Positions 1 through 10,572 of a DNA stretch of 64,000 nucleotides are shown piece by piece. The translations under genes were made by a program, and so were the position numbers. Origin of the DNA: a virus; IMG/VR virus record IMGVR_UViG_3300037234_000438, positions 1-64,000 of that record. The stretch is one strand, 5' to 3'. Under the pieces are notes generated by a model, which saw nothing but the letters and a program-made list of their open reading frames with translations, was not told the DNA's origin and did no database searches. Position 1 is the first letter of the stretch. The number at the start of each line of letters is the position of its first letter.

Positions 1-228
1 AGTGAGTACTGGCAGAAGATCAGCATTAAACTAACATAACTAAAAAGGATTTACTATGAATGACTTAATTAACAAACTACAAGCAGCAGCAAATATTAGA
101 AGGATGGGAACTGACACTATATCCGGCCTTGTAAAGATTGACAAAGATGTTGAAAAAAGGTTTCATCAAGTTACTGCCGGCCTTGTTAGTGAGAGTGAGG
201 CTGTTTTGTTAATTAAGAGGGGCTAGCA

Positions 229-480
229 ATGGATTATATAACCTTAACAAACGTCACAGACTTAAAGTCAACGAGTTACTATAGGACTTTCTATATATCG
301 TTATTGCTAAAGGCTTTGGAGAATCGATCTTATACAAAGATTGAAATATATACTCCATCTGTTAATACTGTTAGGGTTGTCTTTTGGTGTGATAATGTAA
401 TACTGGACGTGGCGGAAAAGCATTTCACGGCGAGGCAATTTAAAAGATTTATTGAGGCTAACAAAGAGGAGTCGATATGA
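229..480 (+). CDS. hypothetical phage protein
   Basis: 83-aa ORF with GAGGGG RBS-like sequence upstream; no recognisable motif. Confidence 0.5.
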   Translation: MDYITLTNVTDLKSTSYYRTFYISLLLKALENRSYTKIEIYTPSVNTVRVVFWCDNVILDVAEKHFTARQFKRFIEANKEESI

Positions 481-553
481 TAGTAATAGCAATGTTCATG
501 GTGGTGGTCGGGCTTATTAAATTCAAACTTGTTTATTAACTTGAGGTTAGGTT

Positions 554-1102
554 ATGTTTAAATCTATAGCGTCCTTAACGGTGTTGATTGTACTCTTTAC
601 TGGTTCCGGTGTTTATGCTGGTACAAAGATTAATACCTTTCTTTCTTTGCTTGCCATAACGGGAGTACACGCTTTAGGGCATGATAATCAAGGCAGGGAA
701 CTGGACGTTAACGTTTCCATAAACGTTAAAAGCTTTGATGAGGTATGGCATACAGAAGAGCATGGCAAGCGGTTGCTGATACACGGTGCTGGCTTTAGGA
801 TGCAATCGGAGTTCGTTAGACACTTTGACAATACTGTACTTGCAAGAGAGATGCACAAAGCCAATGTCGTGTACTCTATAGGCTATTTGTTAGGAATCAA
901 TGAGTTGTTCGCTGGTTTAAAAGTAGGCGATATTGAGCTAATATCAGAGCATAGCGGGTCAAAGTGGCCTGTAGTAGTTGGTCTTACGTCCGGCATAATA
1001 TCAGACTTCATGCACATCAACGACCCTAAGCTATCATGGTCTATGCAATTCTGGCAGTCAGGGTATGGTGTGCCAGGGATAGCTTTTAATTACACTTATT
1101 AA
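554..1102 (+). CDS. hypothetical exported/outer-membrane-like protein
   Basis: N-terminal signal-peptide-like segment (MFKSIASLTVLIVLFTGSGVYA); C-terminus with alternating aromatics (IAFNYTY); GAGG RBS. Confidence 0.5.
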   Translation: MFKSIASLTVLIVLFTGSGVYAGTKINTFLSLLAITGVHALGHDNQGRELDVNVSINVKSFDEVWHTEEHGKRLLIHGAGFRMQSEFVRHFDNTVLAREMHKANVVYSIGYLLGINELFAGLKVGDIELISEHSGSKWPVVVGLTSGIISDFMHINDPKLSWSMQFWQSGYGVPGIAFNYTY

Positions 1103-1351
1103 ACAGGAGGGATTATGAGTCAGCAAATTGTAGAGGTAGCAGGGCTTGCGATAGCAATGCCTAAGCGTAGTAAGGATAAGAAGTGCCATTGCGTAAACTG
1201 TGAGAAGAACCACGGTTGTATGGGCGATAAGCTCATAGACGACAAGAAAACTAATTATGTTAGGGAGGTAAAAAGATCATAAAGCCTTGATTAGGCATGC
1301 GGAATAAACCTTTTAATTAACTATGCCATATAAGGCAAGGAGTACAATGTC

Positions 1352-1786
1352 ATGAAGAAAGCCAAAAAGAACCCTACAGAGCCACAAACAAGCGAAGTCA
1401 ACGAGACTATCAAGCTGGGTGGTGTAGAATTGTCAAAGGCTCAATATGACGGTCTTGAAGATGCACTAGTTAAGCTAACACTCGACCAGAAGTTAAGAAC
1501 GTACAAGGACAAATTCAAGAACGATCAGATATCATGCGGCATTGCCATTGCTGATATGAACAAAGCCCTTGTAGGCATCGGGTTTAAGGGCAAGGAGAAT
1601 GTTAGAGAGGTAACAGACCACTTTCACGCCAAAGGTAGCTTTGAGCTTGTTTATAGGGGCTTTACTTGGCAAGCAACTCACCCCGATGTTGTGGCGGCTG
1701 GCAGCCTAAAAACAAAGAAAATGGCCGACGCTCAAAAAGCCGAACGTGATGCGGATGTTAATAGCGCTTTCAGCTTTAAGCTGTAA
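1352..1786 (+). CDS. hypothetical phage protein
   Basis: 144-aa ORF with AAGGAG RBS, followed by a terminator. Confidence 0.65.
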   Translation: MKKAKKNPTEPQTSEVNETIKLGGVELSKAQYDGLEDALVKLTLDQKLRTYKDKFKNDQISCGIAIADMNKALVGIGFKGKENVREVTDHFHAKGSFELVYRGFTWQATHPDVVAAGSLKTKKMADAQKAERDADVNSAFSFKL

Positions 1787-1791
1787 TCAAT

Positions 1792-1830
1792 AGGCGGTTG
1801 ACCTGTAAAAGGGTTGACCGTCTTTTTTTA
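1792..1830 (+). terminator. Rho-independent terminator
   Basis: GGCGGTTGACC-loop-GGTTGACCGTC hairpin (with G-U pairs) followed by T7. Confidence 0.7.
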
Positions 1831-1873
1831 TTTCTTCACACATGGTACGCTTATTAAAAAGCAGTCTATGACT

Positions 1874-1900
1874 AAATGGGACGCCGAAACCGCTGGGATA
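1874..1900 (+). promoter_or_regulatory. repeated early-region motif, copy 1
   Basis: AAATG-N9-AACCGCTGGGA; variant of the motif at 2090, 4326 and 5391. Confidence 0.4.
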
Positions 1901-2089
1901 TTTTAATTTTTGAGAGGATACTTATTATGAAAGAAGAAGAGCTAGACGGAGAGTATGGACAATCTGGGCGAAAATGTGGGGATATTTTGGCAGAATATCA
2001 AGACGAGAAGGCAAAGCTGGAAAGATGTGTGAAGTGGGTTGAAGCTGCATAAACAGATGTTTCCTGGCTTAGAGGACTCAAATAGGCAG

Positions 2090-2126
2090 AAATGAAGCGT
2101 CAGAACCCCTGGAATATAAATATAAT
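2090..2126 (+). promoter_or_regulatory. repeated early-region motif, copy 2
   Basis: AAATG-N9-AACCCCTGGAA followed by ...TATAAT. Confidence 0.55.
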
Positions 2127-2142
2127 TTCATGAGGACGTTAT

Positions 2143-2406
2143 ATGTCTCAACCCAACGAAGAAGAATGGAAACCACCTTATCGATTATGTGACTTTCCTG
2201 TGTCACCAGAAGCACGGACTGTGGGCAGAAGCATTGTAAGGAAACTAAGTCAAGCTATCGAAGATCGAGCCGTAATGAGGCGACAACGTAAGATTAAACG
2301 GGAGAGCTTGGAAGATATACTTGTTTTAAGTAGGGATCGTTTGCAGCAGGTGGCGGACGGCTTAATAACTAAAAGCGAAGCACTGGAAGCAATTAAATAT
2401 TACTAG
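2143..2406 (+). CDS. hypothetical phage protein
   Basis: 87-aa ORF with GAGGA RBS. Confidence 0.55.
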   Translation: MSQPNEEEWKPPYRLCDFPVSPEARTVGRSIVRKLSQAIEDRAVMRRQRKIKRESLEDILVLSRDRLQQVADGLITKSEALEAIKYY

Positions 2407-2415
2407 GAGAATATT

Positions 2416-2598
2416 ATGTCTATTGCTGAACAGACTGTTGAAGATAAAGAGATTGTCGTTGTTGATGAGAAAGGTAATAAAATACCGTGGCGGGATCTGC
2501 CGGATAACGTAAAAAGGCTTACTATGTTCTGGTTTACTATCGGCCTTGGATATACAGTCAAAGAGTCTATCTCTATGGCTTTAATGCAGTCGTTATGA
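2416..2598 (+). CDS. hypothetical phage protein
   Basis: 60-aa ORF, AGGAG RBS, ATGA overlap with next gene. Confidence 0.55.
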   Translation: MSIAEQTVEDKEIVVVDEKGNKIPWRDLPDNVKRLTMFWFTIGLGYTVKESISMALMQSL

Positions 2599-3029
2599 GA
2601 GGCTACTGCGGTATTGGCCTAGATAATCCAAAGAATGCAATTAATGTGGGCAGCACGTTAAGGGCAGCCGGTATTTACGGAGCTGCATTTGTGGCAACGA
2701 CAGGAAAGAGGTATAAGAAAGCCTCGACAGATACTATGAAGCACTATAGGCACTTACCGTTATGGACCCCGAAAGACCTGAAAGATTTAGTAGCCTATGA
2801 CTGCGTTCCTGTGGCCGTAGACTTGATTGAGGGGGCAATCCCCCTGCCAGAATACAAGCACCCTGAGAGAGCATTCTATATTTTTGGGGCTGAAGATAAT
2901 ACTCTTGGTGAACGCATAACTGGCTGGTGTAGAGATATAGTTTATGTTCCCACGCAAGGATCTATGAATCTTGCCGCCGCTGTGAATGTCGTGCTATATG
3001 ACAGGTTTGCAAAGTCCTACAAACGCTGA
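2595..3029 (+). CDS. SpoU/TrmH-family (SPOUT, TrmL-like) RNA 2'-O-methyltransferase
   Basis: SPOUT motifs LDNPKNAINVGSTLRAA, IFGAEDNTL and VYVPTQGSMNLAAAVNVVLYDR. Confidence 0.9.
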   Translation: MRGYCGIGLDNPKNAINVGSTLRAAGIYGAAFVATTGKRYKKASTDTMKHYRHLPLWTPKDLKDLVAYDCVPVAVDLIEGAIPLPEYKHPERAFYIFGAEDNTLGERITGWCRDIVYVPTQGSMNLAAAVNVVLYDRFAKSYKR

Positions 3030-3145
3030 GTTATTTACGCATGCCTAAAATGCAGAATAGCGTTAACCGAGATGGCAAGATCAATGCAATCTCTCGTTAA
3101 TAGAGTTGAATCTAATTGCCATAAAAATAAAGGAGGTGATAAGCA

Positions 3146-3745
3146 GTGAAAGACGGTAAGTTTGAGGTAGGTGATAGGATAAAGTGTGTCAACAAAGAGG
3201 ATTCGCAGTTCTTAGAGATTGGGAGAATCTATACCGTGTCCAGTATGGCAGGAGGTCGCATACAAGTCGCTGAAGGGGATTACCCTGGCAACAAATGGGA
3301 GTTAAGTTGGTTTAAATTAGTCAAGTCAAAAGGAGGTACAGTGAAGTTCAGAGAGTTCAAAGTAGGTGACAAAGTAGTAAGAGTGCCCGGTTGGGAATAT
3401 ATCAACCAAGACGGCGGGGAAGGCAATATTGGTAAGGTCGTGAGAGATGCCAACGAAAGAGGGTGGTATGGTGTGTCATGGCCTAACGGCGGCAGCTATG
3501 ACTATCAAAGTAGGAGTATCCAGTCAGCAAATAATCAAACAATCAAGGAGGAAAGGACAATGGAAATAAGTGATAATATCTTGGAGGTATTCCCCGATTC
3601 ACAGGACGCAAAGAAGGTGGCTAAAAGGTTCGGGGAGCAGTTCGGAGACAATGACCGCGACCGTCTGGATCTAATCAACCACAAGGACGCTCTACTTAAG
3701 ATCATCAAGGATGAAGAGGCAGAGGAAGCGAAGAAGTCCAAGTAA
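3146..3745 (+). CDS. modular protein with a MIB/HERC2-like SH3-fold domain
   Basis: VGDKVVRVPGWEYINQDGGEGNIGKV...VSWPNGGSYDY resembles the MIB_HERC2 consensus; AGGAGGT RBS with GTG start. Confidence 0.65.
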   Translation: MKDGKFEVGDRIKCVNKEDSQFLEIGRIYTVSSMAGGRIQVAEGDYPGNKWELSWFKLVKSKGGTVKFREFKVGDKVVRVPGWEYINQDGGEGNIGKVVRDANERGWYGVSWPNGGSYDYQSRSIQSANNQTIKEERTMEISDNILEVFPDSQDAKKVAKRFGEQFGDNDRDRLDLINHKDALLKIIKDEEAEEAKKSK

Positions 3746-3783
3746 TCATTAAGCCCCTCTTCACGGAGGGGCAAGGAGTTACC

Positions 3784-4182
3784 ATGTATATTCAAGATGC
3801 ACTTAAAGAGACAGGGATGGCCTTCAGGACAGGCTCGAAGCTGTACGTCAAATACTCTTTGGAGCGCAGTGAGTTGGTATGGCAGAGGCGGAACGACAAC
3901 GCTCCTTGTGGTGCAGTCATCGCCTCCCGCCCCATACTTCAAGATGACTGGCTGCCCTACTATAGTGAGCTACAGATTGCGCCTAAAGAGGTCGGGGAGA
4001 TATGGACTCATGAGGACGCCATGTATGCTGTAGGTGTAGACCCTCAGTGCGATTTTGTCATGCTGCTGCTCTTTCGTCACACCAACAAGCCTCCCATACT
4101 GTTTATTGAAAATAGCCAAATAATCCACAACAAAGACGGCTGGGTTAGAACTCACCCACCAGTGGAGGTTGAAAATGTGTAA
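3784..4182 (+). CDS. hypothetical phage protein
   Basis: 132-aa ORF, AAGGAG RBS. Confidence 0.55.
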   Translation: MYIQDALKETGMAFRTGSKLYVKYSLERSELVWQRRNDNAPCGAVIASRPILQDDWLPYYSELQIAPKEVGEIWTHEDAMYAVGVDPQCDFVMLLLFRHTNKPPILFIENSQIIHNKDGWVRTHPPVEVENV

Positions 4183-4325
4183 ATGCAAAGAAACGGCAGA
4201 AGTGGTGATTATGTGCGGTAAGTGTATACAGGGATTGCTCGGCGTGGTAGGGTCTGCAAAGCCAATGTCGAAGCAGGAATTAAGCTTTCACGGCCTTACC
4301 GATAGGCAGGTCAAGAAGTCTCGGA

Positions 4326-4360
4326 AAATGGGCCGCAGAACCCCTGGAAACATAAATAAT
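4326..4360 (+). promoter_or_regulatory. repeated early-region motif, copy 3
   Basis: AAATG-N8-AACCCCTGGAA followed by an AT-rich tract. Confidence 0.55.
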
Positions 4361-4374
4361 TCCTTGGTGTGGGC

Positions 4375-4656
4375 ATGAGGCTGGTATTAGAGCTGAACAG
4401 CGAGGAGTTGATTGCGTTAAATACAAGCATTATTGTTGAAATGTGGGAGCATGTTGGTGGGGCTAAGGCTTGTGGAATCACGAAGCAAAAGTATCTTGCC
4501 TCGTTTAACGAGAAACAGAGGAAAACTCTTTCTGCCTACTATCCACGCTTCTACGATTGGCATTTAAGGCGTGGTGTTCCACAACGGTCTGTTTTCAGGA
4601 AGATAGAAACCATTGACTTAATTAAGCGTGCCGTTAGCTTCTTCGCAACGATTTAA
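4375..4656 (+). CDS. hypothetical phage protein
   Basis: ORF within co-directional early cluster. Confidence 0.5.
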   Translation: MRLVLELNSEELIALNTSIIVEMWEHVGGAKACGITKQKYLASFNEKQRKTLSAYYPRFYDWHLRRGVPQRSVFRKIETIDLIKRAVSFFATI

Positions 4657-4669
4657 TGGGAGCTCAAGC

Positions 4670-5086
4670 ATGAAAGACATTAACTTTCTTGAAGTTATGA
4701 TTAGAGCTGTCGAGAAGAGCCACCAAGCAGAGAAGCCCTTAAGTGACAAGCTATGTAAGAATTGCGGCAGTCTCCCAGCTCCAGAGATACGCTGGATGCC
4801 TCCGGAGGCATTAGGGCTTGAGCCCAGTGAGGACGATAGGCCGATAAAGATTACCACCTACCACTGTCACTATTGGGATGCTGTCAGAAAGAGTCACTAT
4901 AAAACCTCCATCGGTATTACAACTAAACCAGAGAGCAGCTGTGCTTACTTCTGCGAGAGGAAGGCTATTGTAGCGACTGAGAAGAGAGGTAGTGACTGGC
5001 TCGATATCATGGCCGATAAGCGACAGCAAACAAAGATCCAGAGGCAGGCATCTCTTGCTAACTTCAAGGCAGTTAAGGTTCTTTAG
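4670..5086 (+). CDS. hypothetical Cys-rich protein
   Basis: CKNC...C...CAYFC residues; ATG at 4670 after GGGAG. Confidence 0.5.
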   Translation: MKDINFLEVMIRAVEKSHQAEKPLSDKLCKNCGSLPAPEIRWMPPEALGLEPSEDDRPIKITTYHCHYWDAVRKSHYKTSIGITTKPESSCAYFCERKAIVATEKRGSDWLDIMADKRQQTKIQRQASLANFKAVKVL

Positions 5087-5100
5087 GAGGGCAACATACG

Positions 5101-5331
5101 ATGGATTGGGGTAAGCGTAAGATAGAAATGCAAGAACACGTGAAGATATTAAAACAGGCGGGCTTTACGTGTATCCAAGGTAATTTTAACTTAACTATCA
5201 CTCCAAAAAGGGCAGATCCGAGAGATTTAGTGACAACAATACGACGCACGGACAACAATGCCGTCCTTCAAAGCAATGTCACCTTGAAAGGCTTAGGGGC
5301 TTTGGCCTGCGAATTAAACATAAACGCCTAG
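5101..5331 (+). CDS. hypothetical phage protein
   Basis: 76-aa ORF, AGGAGG RBS. Confidence 0.55.
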   Translation: MDWGKRKIEMQEHVKILKQAGFTCIQGNFNLTITPKRADPRDLVTTIRRTDNNAVLQSNVTLKGLGALACELNINA

Positions 5332-5390
5332 TTCGGCATGCGCAAATATCGCTTAAAAGTCCGTGCGCATTTGCCCGGAAAGTTAATAAA

Positions 5391-5420
5391 AAATGAGGCG
5401 GTGCAACCCCTGGAATAAAA
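5391..5420 (+). promoter_or_regulatory. repeated early-region motif, copy 4
   Basis: AAATG-N9-AACCCCTGGAA in an intergenic gap. Confidence 0.55.
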
Positions 5421-5513
5421 AGATAAACTGAGGGCTGCAACGGTAAACTTTAGAGTGCCTGAGTCGCACCCTTTTTGGGATATTAAAATAACGCTAAATC
5501 GAAGGAGGTATAA

Positions 5514-8316
5514 GTGTTTGTTTTATTTAGAGATAATTGTACCGGCGACACAGGAAAAGCAGAGGTTGGCGAGATTGTGCTGAAAACACATAAGGGAGAG
5601 CACAAATATCATCTCTATTTTAGTGCCGCTATTTACACTTCTTATCGTGGAAATGACGTGATAATGGAGAGCGGTCAACTCCAAGATAAAATCCTGAAGA
5701 TGTTCCCAGACGACAAGAAAGTTAAGAGGATGATTAAGCTCTGGAAGAAGTATCACATAAAAAACGTATATCCTGGCGAACTAAGGTATTTAAAACTCAA
5801 ACTGTTCTTGCGTGAGTTGATAGGGACGTTTCTTTCAGATATGCATAAAGCTATTGAGCGGGGAGGACTTGATGATGGCTGAAATAATTGAGATCATAAA
5901 AATTACAAGGTCGGATAATGACAACGCTGTGATAGATAGAAAAGTATTTAGCGTAACGGTTGAAGATTTTCAGCAGATATTAACAGCCGCCAGCCTATTC
6001 AACGGCAAGGAGTTGGAAGCTGAGGAGAAAACACCAATTGGCGAACTCGTTACCTGGGATGACGAACGTATAGGCGTTACTAAGCTGGACGACAAAATAG
6101 AAAACTTGAAGTTCTTAAATGAGCAATGCGACCTTGTTAGACGTGCCCGCTTAGCCCTTGGGGTGAAAATATGAGAGCAGAATGCCCGAAGGAACTCGCC
6201 GTCAATAGGTTCAATAAGGCGTGGAGAGAACACGAAGCCGCCGGTGATGCCATCGACAAAGCATTTCGCCCTGGCCTTGAAGAGCTTCTAAAACAAGGCA
6301 AGTTTCAAGAGGCTCGCGAATACTTAAGGCCGATTCCGATAGAGTCAGTCAGAAAAGTTCTTATGTTTCGAGAAATTATTCTGAGAGAGAAGGAGGGACA
6401 ATGAGGAAGCCAGGAATAAAGAAAGAGATAATTATTAAGACTGATAATACAATGCTATCAAGGTTGGTTGTTCATATAGGCACTCAACGTGCCCTTAAAC
6501 ATGTCGCTAAGGAGAGCGGAAGATATTGCACTAGTACCTTTGGGCTCAGAGATAAAGGCGCACAGCTGCCTCTTGAAGTGGCTCTGTATGTAAGTCCTTG
6601 CTATGACATTCTGGAAGTAAAAGAACACCTTGAGAGCCTCATCCCTAAATTACCACCTTCCAGAAGAGAGCCGCCAGTATTGACGTGGGATGAAATGCTC
6701 AAGCAAAACGCAGGGCCAATCGGGGCTTCATGAAAAATAAATACTTCTGCCACATCACTGAAGTTAACGGCGAATACGAATATACCAGTAATTTCCTGAT
6801 GGAGATGGACGAAGGCAAAGAGGATGAGCAATTCGAATCAGTTCTCTTGAGCTACAGAGGCGACGGAGAATACGCCGATGATAAAAAGCGGTTCGTCTGG
6901 TATTCTGATGCCTTGGCTGCGGAGAATTGGGGCTACAAGGAAATCCCCGAAGAGGACTTTACTGCAATGCGTAAATATCTCTCAGTGCTTGGCGCTGGAG
7001 ACTAATTGGAGGATAATATGCCCAGCAAGGAACAAAAGCAAGAGGAGCTGGACGCTCTCGTACATGATGCCTTTTCCAAAAAGGCTACCAATATAAACAA
7101 CGAAGGCATTGCGGCTCAGATTGCATGCTTGGAGAAGGCAGGGATTGACGCGAGTAAATATAAGCCTGTTAAAAAATACAATCATGCCGTTAGTGTCTCC
7201 TTTTCGGTAGATACTGACCATGTCGCAGGCGATGTCACTGCTGAGGAATTAATACAGGGACTTGTAGCCAGGCTAAGAGGGTTTAGCTTTTTAGGCAAAA
7301 ATCCAGAGATACTTGAAGCTTGTGATGTCTACGATACCTATGAAAACGAATTACCAGAGGAGGATTAAATGCACGAACTTGAGAAAGCTGTAGGTAAGGG
7401 AGCTTACGATGTAGAGTTTAAGGCACTGGAGGTGGCCCTCAAACTTCTCCTTAATCACAAAGATCAGGGTATCACGCTGGGCAAGCTGATAAGGTCTGTC
7501 TCTCATAAAATTAAATGTGACGCCAATAGGGACATTTGCTTGCAATACGAGGCTGTAGCCGCAGCCATCTTGGGTAAGAGGCACAACATTCTCTTAGAGC
7601 AAGTGCCTACGTGGATCAAAAAGGGAGTACGCTCAAACCCCGAAAGAAGATTCAGGCAGTACACTTTAGACCCGGGCATCAAGGAGATCTTGGAAGGGTG
7701 GCTGGGTGATCGCAAACCTAAGGCCCGAGGTCATGAGACGGGAGTGATGATATGAGTGAGAAATCGAATATCGCAGGCAGATTGCAACGCTTACAGGGTG
7801 AGGTTGAAACTGCGAAAGGCGATCTCTTCAACGCAATACTGAGCCTTTCAGACAACCCTAGAATTAAGAGGCTCGGCGATAATTGCTTCGTTGTGAGCAG
7901 CGAAGATCTGGGTGGTAACTGGTCAGTTGTCCACCATGACTTTCACGAGCAGTACAGGCTTATAGTTGACGTCCTCGGCAATGTCAAGCTACACACAATC
8001 CTTGCGAGGCTGAGAGCTATTGTCGAAGAAGAGGTACTTGACCGTAACTATCGAATTCGTCTGCACCGCGACGTGATAAAGAACTTAAAAGGCCTCATGG
8101 GAGACGACAATGGATCTGATTAAGGGCAGAATAGAGGAAGTCGAAACGTACCGAGAGATCAGAATAGTTTTTGAGCACAACTTGAATATACTTAGAAACA
8201 CCACTGACATCCATACTCTTTGCGGGTTAGGAAGGCAATGTAGGGGGCCTATTGAAAGCGTAAGAGAATTTATCGATGCCATGTTCGAAGAATATGGGGA
8301 CGAGGAGGATCAATGA
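5514..8316 (+). other. run of nine tightly coupled small hypothetical ORFs (5514-5882, 5854-6174, 6171-6404, 6401-6733, 6730-7005, 7006-7368, 7369-7755, 7752-8123, 8110-8316)
   Basis: contiguous + strand ORFs with ATGA/TAAATG overlaps and GGAG-type RBSs, typical of a phage early region; no motifs recognised. Confidence 0.6.
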
Positions 8317-9257
8317 ATAACAGCGATGTAGCTTATGCATTCGCAGCCGGAGCCACTGGGGGCAAAGGAAGCAATATGTTTATAGAAGGCGACACCATCT
8401 ACTCCTACGGATATCACTTTAAAATTGCAAAAAGACTGGGCGGTCGTGAATACTTATATAACTCAGATTCATATAGCTCTTCGACCAGCCAACATAAAAG
8501 CCATGTGCGACAGGCTATCTCAGGGACAATATGGTATGCCCCGAACTGTAATCCTGCCGAGATACCAGCGGATATTCAGTCTCAAGTAGTAGAGCTCATG
8601 GGCAAGATTCCTCGGGCAAGGTCGAATCTGCCTTATTATGTTCGAGAGCTTAACGGCTTAATCGGAGAATGGAAGAAATCGAAAGAAAGATTCAAACTCG
8701 AGAGCGATTGGCTCGACGCATTCCCTGAAAGGGAGGTCGGCATATTTCGTTCATTCTGGAAACAAGAGGCCGTTAAAGCTGGCGATGATGAAGTTCTGGT
8801 AGTTGGCGGCAAGAGCATTTTTATTCACAAAGGACAAACGATTGCCTCTCTTGAGAAGGACGTGTTAAGAATTGAGGGCATCTCTCGATTTAAAGTGCAA
8901 CATCTATACACCCTTGGCGGCATGAAAGACCATGACTATATGGAGCTCTCCTTCATGGACACGCAATGGTCAACTCTTGGCATGATACATCAGTACCCTG
9001 TTGAGCTCAACGTGAAAACCATGGAGCTGATTACGCCTGTCGACAAGAAGGCTTTTAGAAAGATACTTGCCGCTGCTGTCCGGAGGCTGGACTCAATGAA
9101 CCAGCATGATCAATGGACTATCAAAAACGCGGTTCACGCTGCGGTCCGCAAATGCTTGCATGTGGGCGCCATAACCGAACTCAGGAGGGTTAAGGTGTAC
9201 GCAAAAATACAGAGTGCTCAAACCGCAATAGACGTCGCGGAGACTTTAGGGGGTTAG
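8313..9257 (+). CDS. hypothetical phage protein
   Basis: 314-aa ORF; N-terminal IYSYGYHF...YSSSTSQH pattern of a type common in phage early proteins. Confidence 0.65.
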   Translation: MNNSDVAYAFAAGATGGKGSNMFIEGDTIYSYGYHFKIAKRLGGREYLYNSDSYSSSTSQHKSHVRQAISGTIWYAPNCNPAEIPADIQSQVVELMGKIPRARSNLPYYVRELNGLIGEWKKSKERFKLESDWLDAFPEREVGIFRSFWKQEAVKAGDDEVLVVGGKSIFIHKGQTIASLEKDVLRIEGISRFKVQHLYTLGGMKDHDYMELSFMDTQWSTLGMIHQYPVELNVKTMELITPVDKKAFRKILAAAVRRLDSMNQHDQWTIKNAVHAAVRKCLHVGAITELRRVKVYAKIQSAQTAIDVAETLGG

Positions 9258-9258
9258 C

Positions 9259-10284
9259 ATGGGCCTATTATACGACGCCACCGGAAATTGGGGCGACAGC
9301 CTTTTCGATTCTCTTAGCGATTACCAGAAAGGCGATGTCTTTAATGCCATGGCCCAAGATGAATATGATTACGAGCTAAAAGAATCCTACGTCGGCGGTG
9401 ATCGTCGCTATGATTTCGTAGAGTGGCTCATGGAGAAGCTGACATTAGAACAGATAAACGAAATAGCCAAGCTATCGGGCCTCCTTTTTGACGATGAGAC
9501 TATTACGATGTTCAATGAGTACCAGAACATTCCCGTCGAGAAAAGAGTTTATGATTGGCTCATCCAAAGCGAATGCCCTGAGGATATTGAGAGTGAGGGC
9601 AATCCTGATAACGAGAACTGGATGTGTTGGGATTGGGTTGGCGTGACTGTTCAGGAGCTTTGGAGCGACCTTGACAAGGGCGACGACTACGAAGTTGCTC
9701 TCTTTATGGGGTACTTAAGGTATCCTGGTTTTGATCAGAAAAATAAGCGTTACGTTGAGACAGAGGGTTGCATTCCAGTAGAGACGCTGAGCAAGATACA
9801 CGAAACTGATCGCAAGATTTTCGCATGCAGAAAGTTTAAATCGAGAACGAATAAGCGGAAGGTTAAGCTGGAGAAGAGACTGGAGGACTTAAAGAATAGC
9901 CTTATCGTAATATCTGGTGCTAATGGGCCGAATACGGAGTGGGAGTTTGACCCTGTTCCGATGGATAAAGCCCCCCAGTGTCCCGAATGCGGAGGGATAG
10001 TTCCTCCAGGGGCATATGAGGAGGAATATCTCTCCTTGGTCACTGAGGCGAAGCGTGGGGCTAAAAACAAGAAAGAGTTTGCCATCGAAGTATGTATGAT
10101 GGATGACGAGCATTGGGATAGAGTGAGAGATTGCCGTGCCCCGATAGAATGTCCATCATGCGGCGACTCAACGCTCGCCATGGCCAAAATATACCTGAAG
10201 TCACAGGGATACAGGATGCCAACTAGAGTGGAAATTGAAGGCGCTGTAGAATTAAGAGAAGTAGCTAATATGTTGGCTGCGTAG
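9259..10284 (+). CDS. hypothetical acidic protein with C-terminal Zn-ribbon
   Basis: CPECG and CPSCG motifs in a 341-aa ORF. Confidence 0.6.
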   Translation: MGLLYDATGNWGDSLFDSLSDYQKGDVFNAMAQDEYDYELKESYVGGDRRYDFVEWLMEKLTLEQINEIAKLSGLLFDDETITMFNEYQNIPVEKRVYDWLIQSECPEDIESEGNPDNENWMCWDWVGVTVQELWSDLDKGDDYEVALFMGYLRYPGFDQKNKRYVETEGCIPVETLSKIHETDRKIFACRKFKSRTNKRKVKLEKRLEDLKNSLIVISGANGPNTEWEFDPVPMDKAPQCPECGGIVPPGAYEEEYLSLVTEAKRGAKNKKEFAIEVCMMDDEHWDRVRDCRAPIECPSCGDSTLAMAKIYLKSQGYRMPTRVEIEGAVELREVANMLAA

Positions 10285-10296
10285 GAGGGCTGGACG

Positions 10297-10572
10297 ATGA
10301 GCATCTACTTTGGAGACAAGCATGAGAGGTTCCTTGTAAAGAATATAGACGTAACCTCGTTCAACGACAATCTGACTATATCTATATGCCCACCATCGCT
10401 AACGGGTGGGCTCACGCCAAAATATATCACTGGCACAGAAAATGATCTTGTGGAGTTATGTAGGAAGATTCTATCGAAAATACACTATTCACAGTTAGAG
10501 GTAAGCGTCGCAATGGCAACAATAAAATCAAATGTCCAAGAGGGCGAAGGAGGAAAAGATGTCAAAAAGTGA
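10297..10572 (+). CDS. hypothetical phage protein
   Basis: 91-aa ORF, AGGAGG RBS. Confidence 0.5.
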   Translation: MSIYFGDKHERFLVKNIDVTSFNDNLTISICPPSLTGGLTPKYITGTENDLVELCRKILSKIHYSQLEVSVAMATIKSNVQEGEGGKDVKK

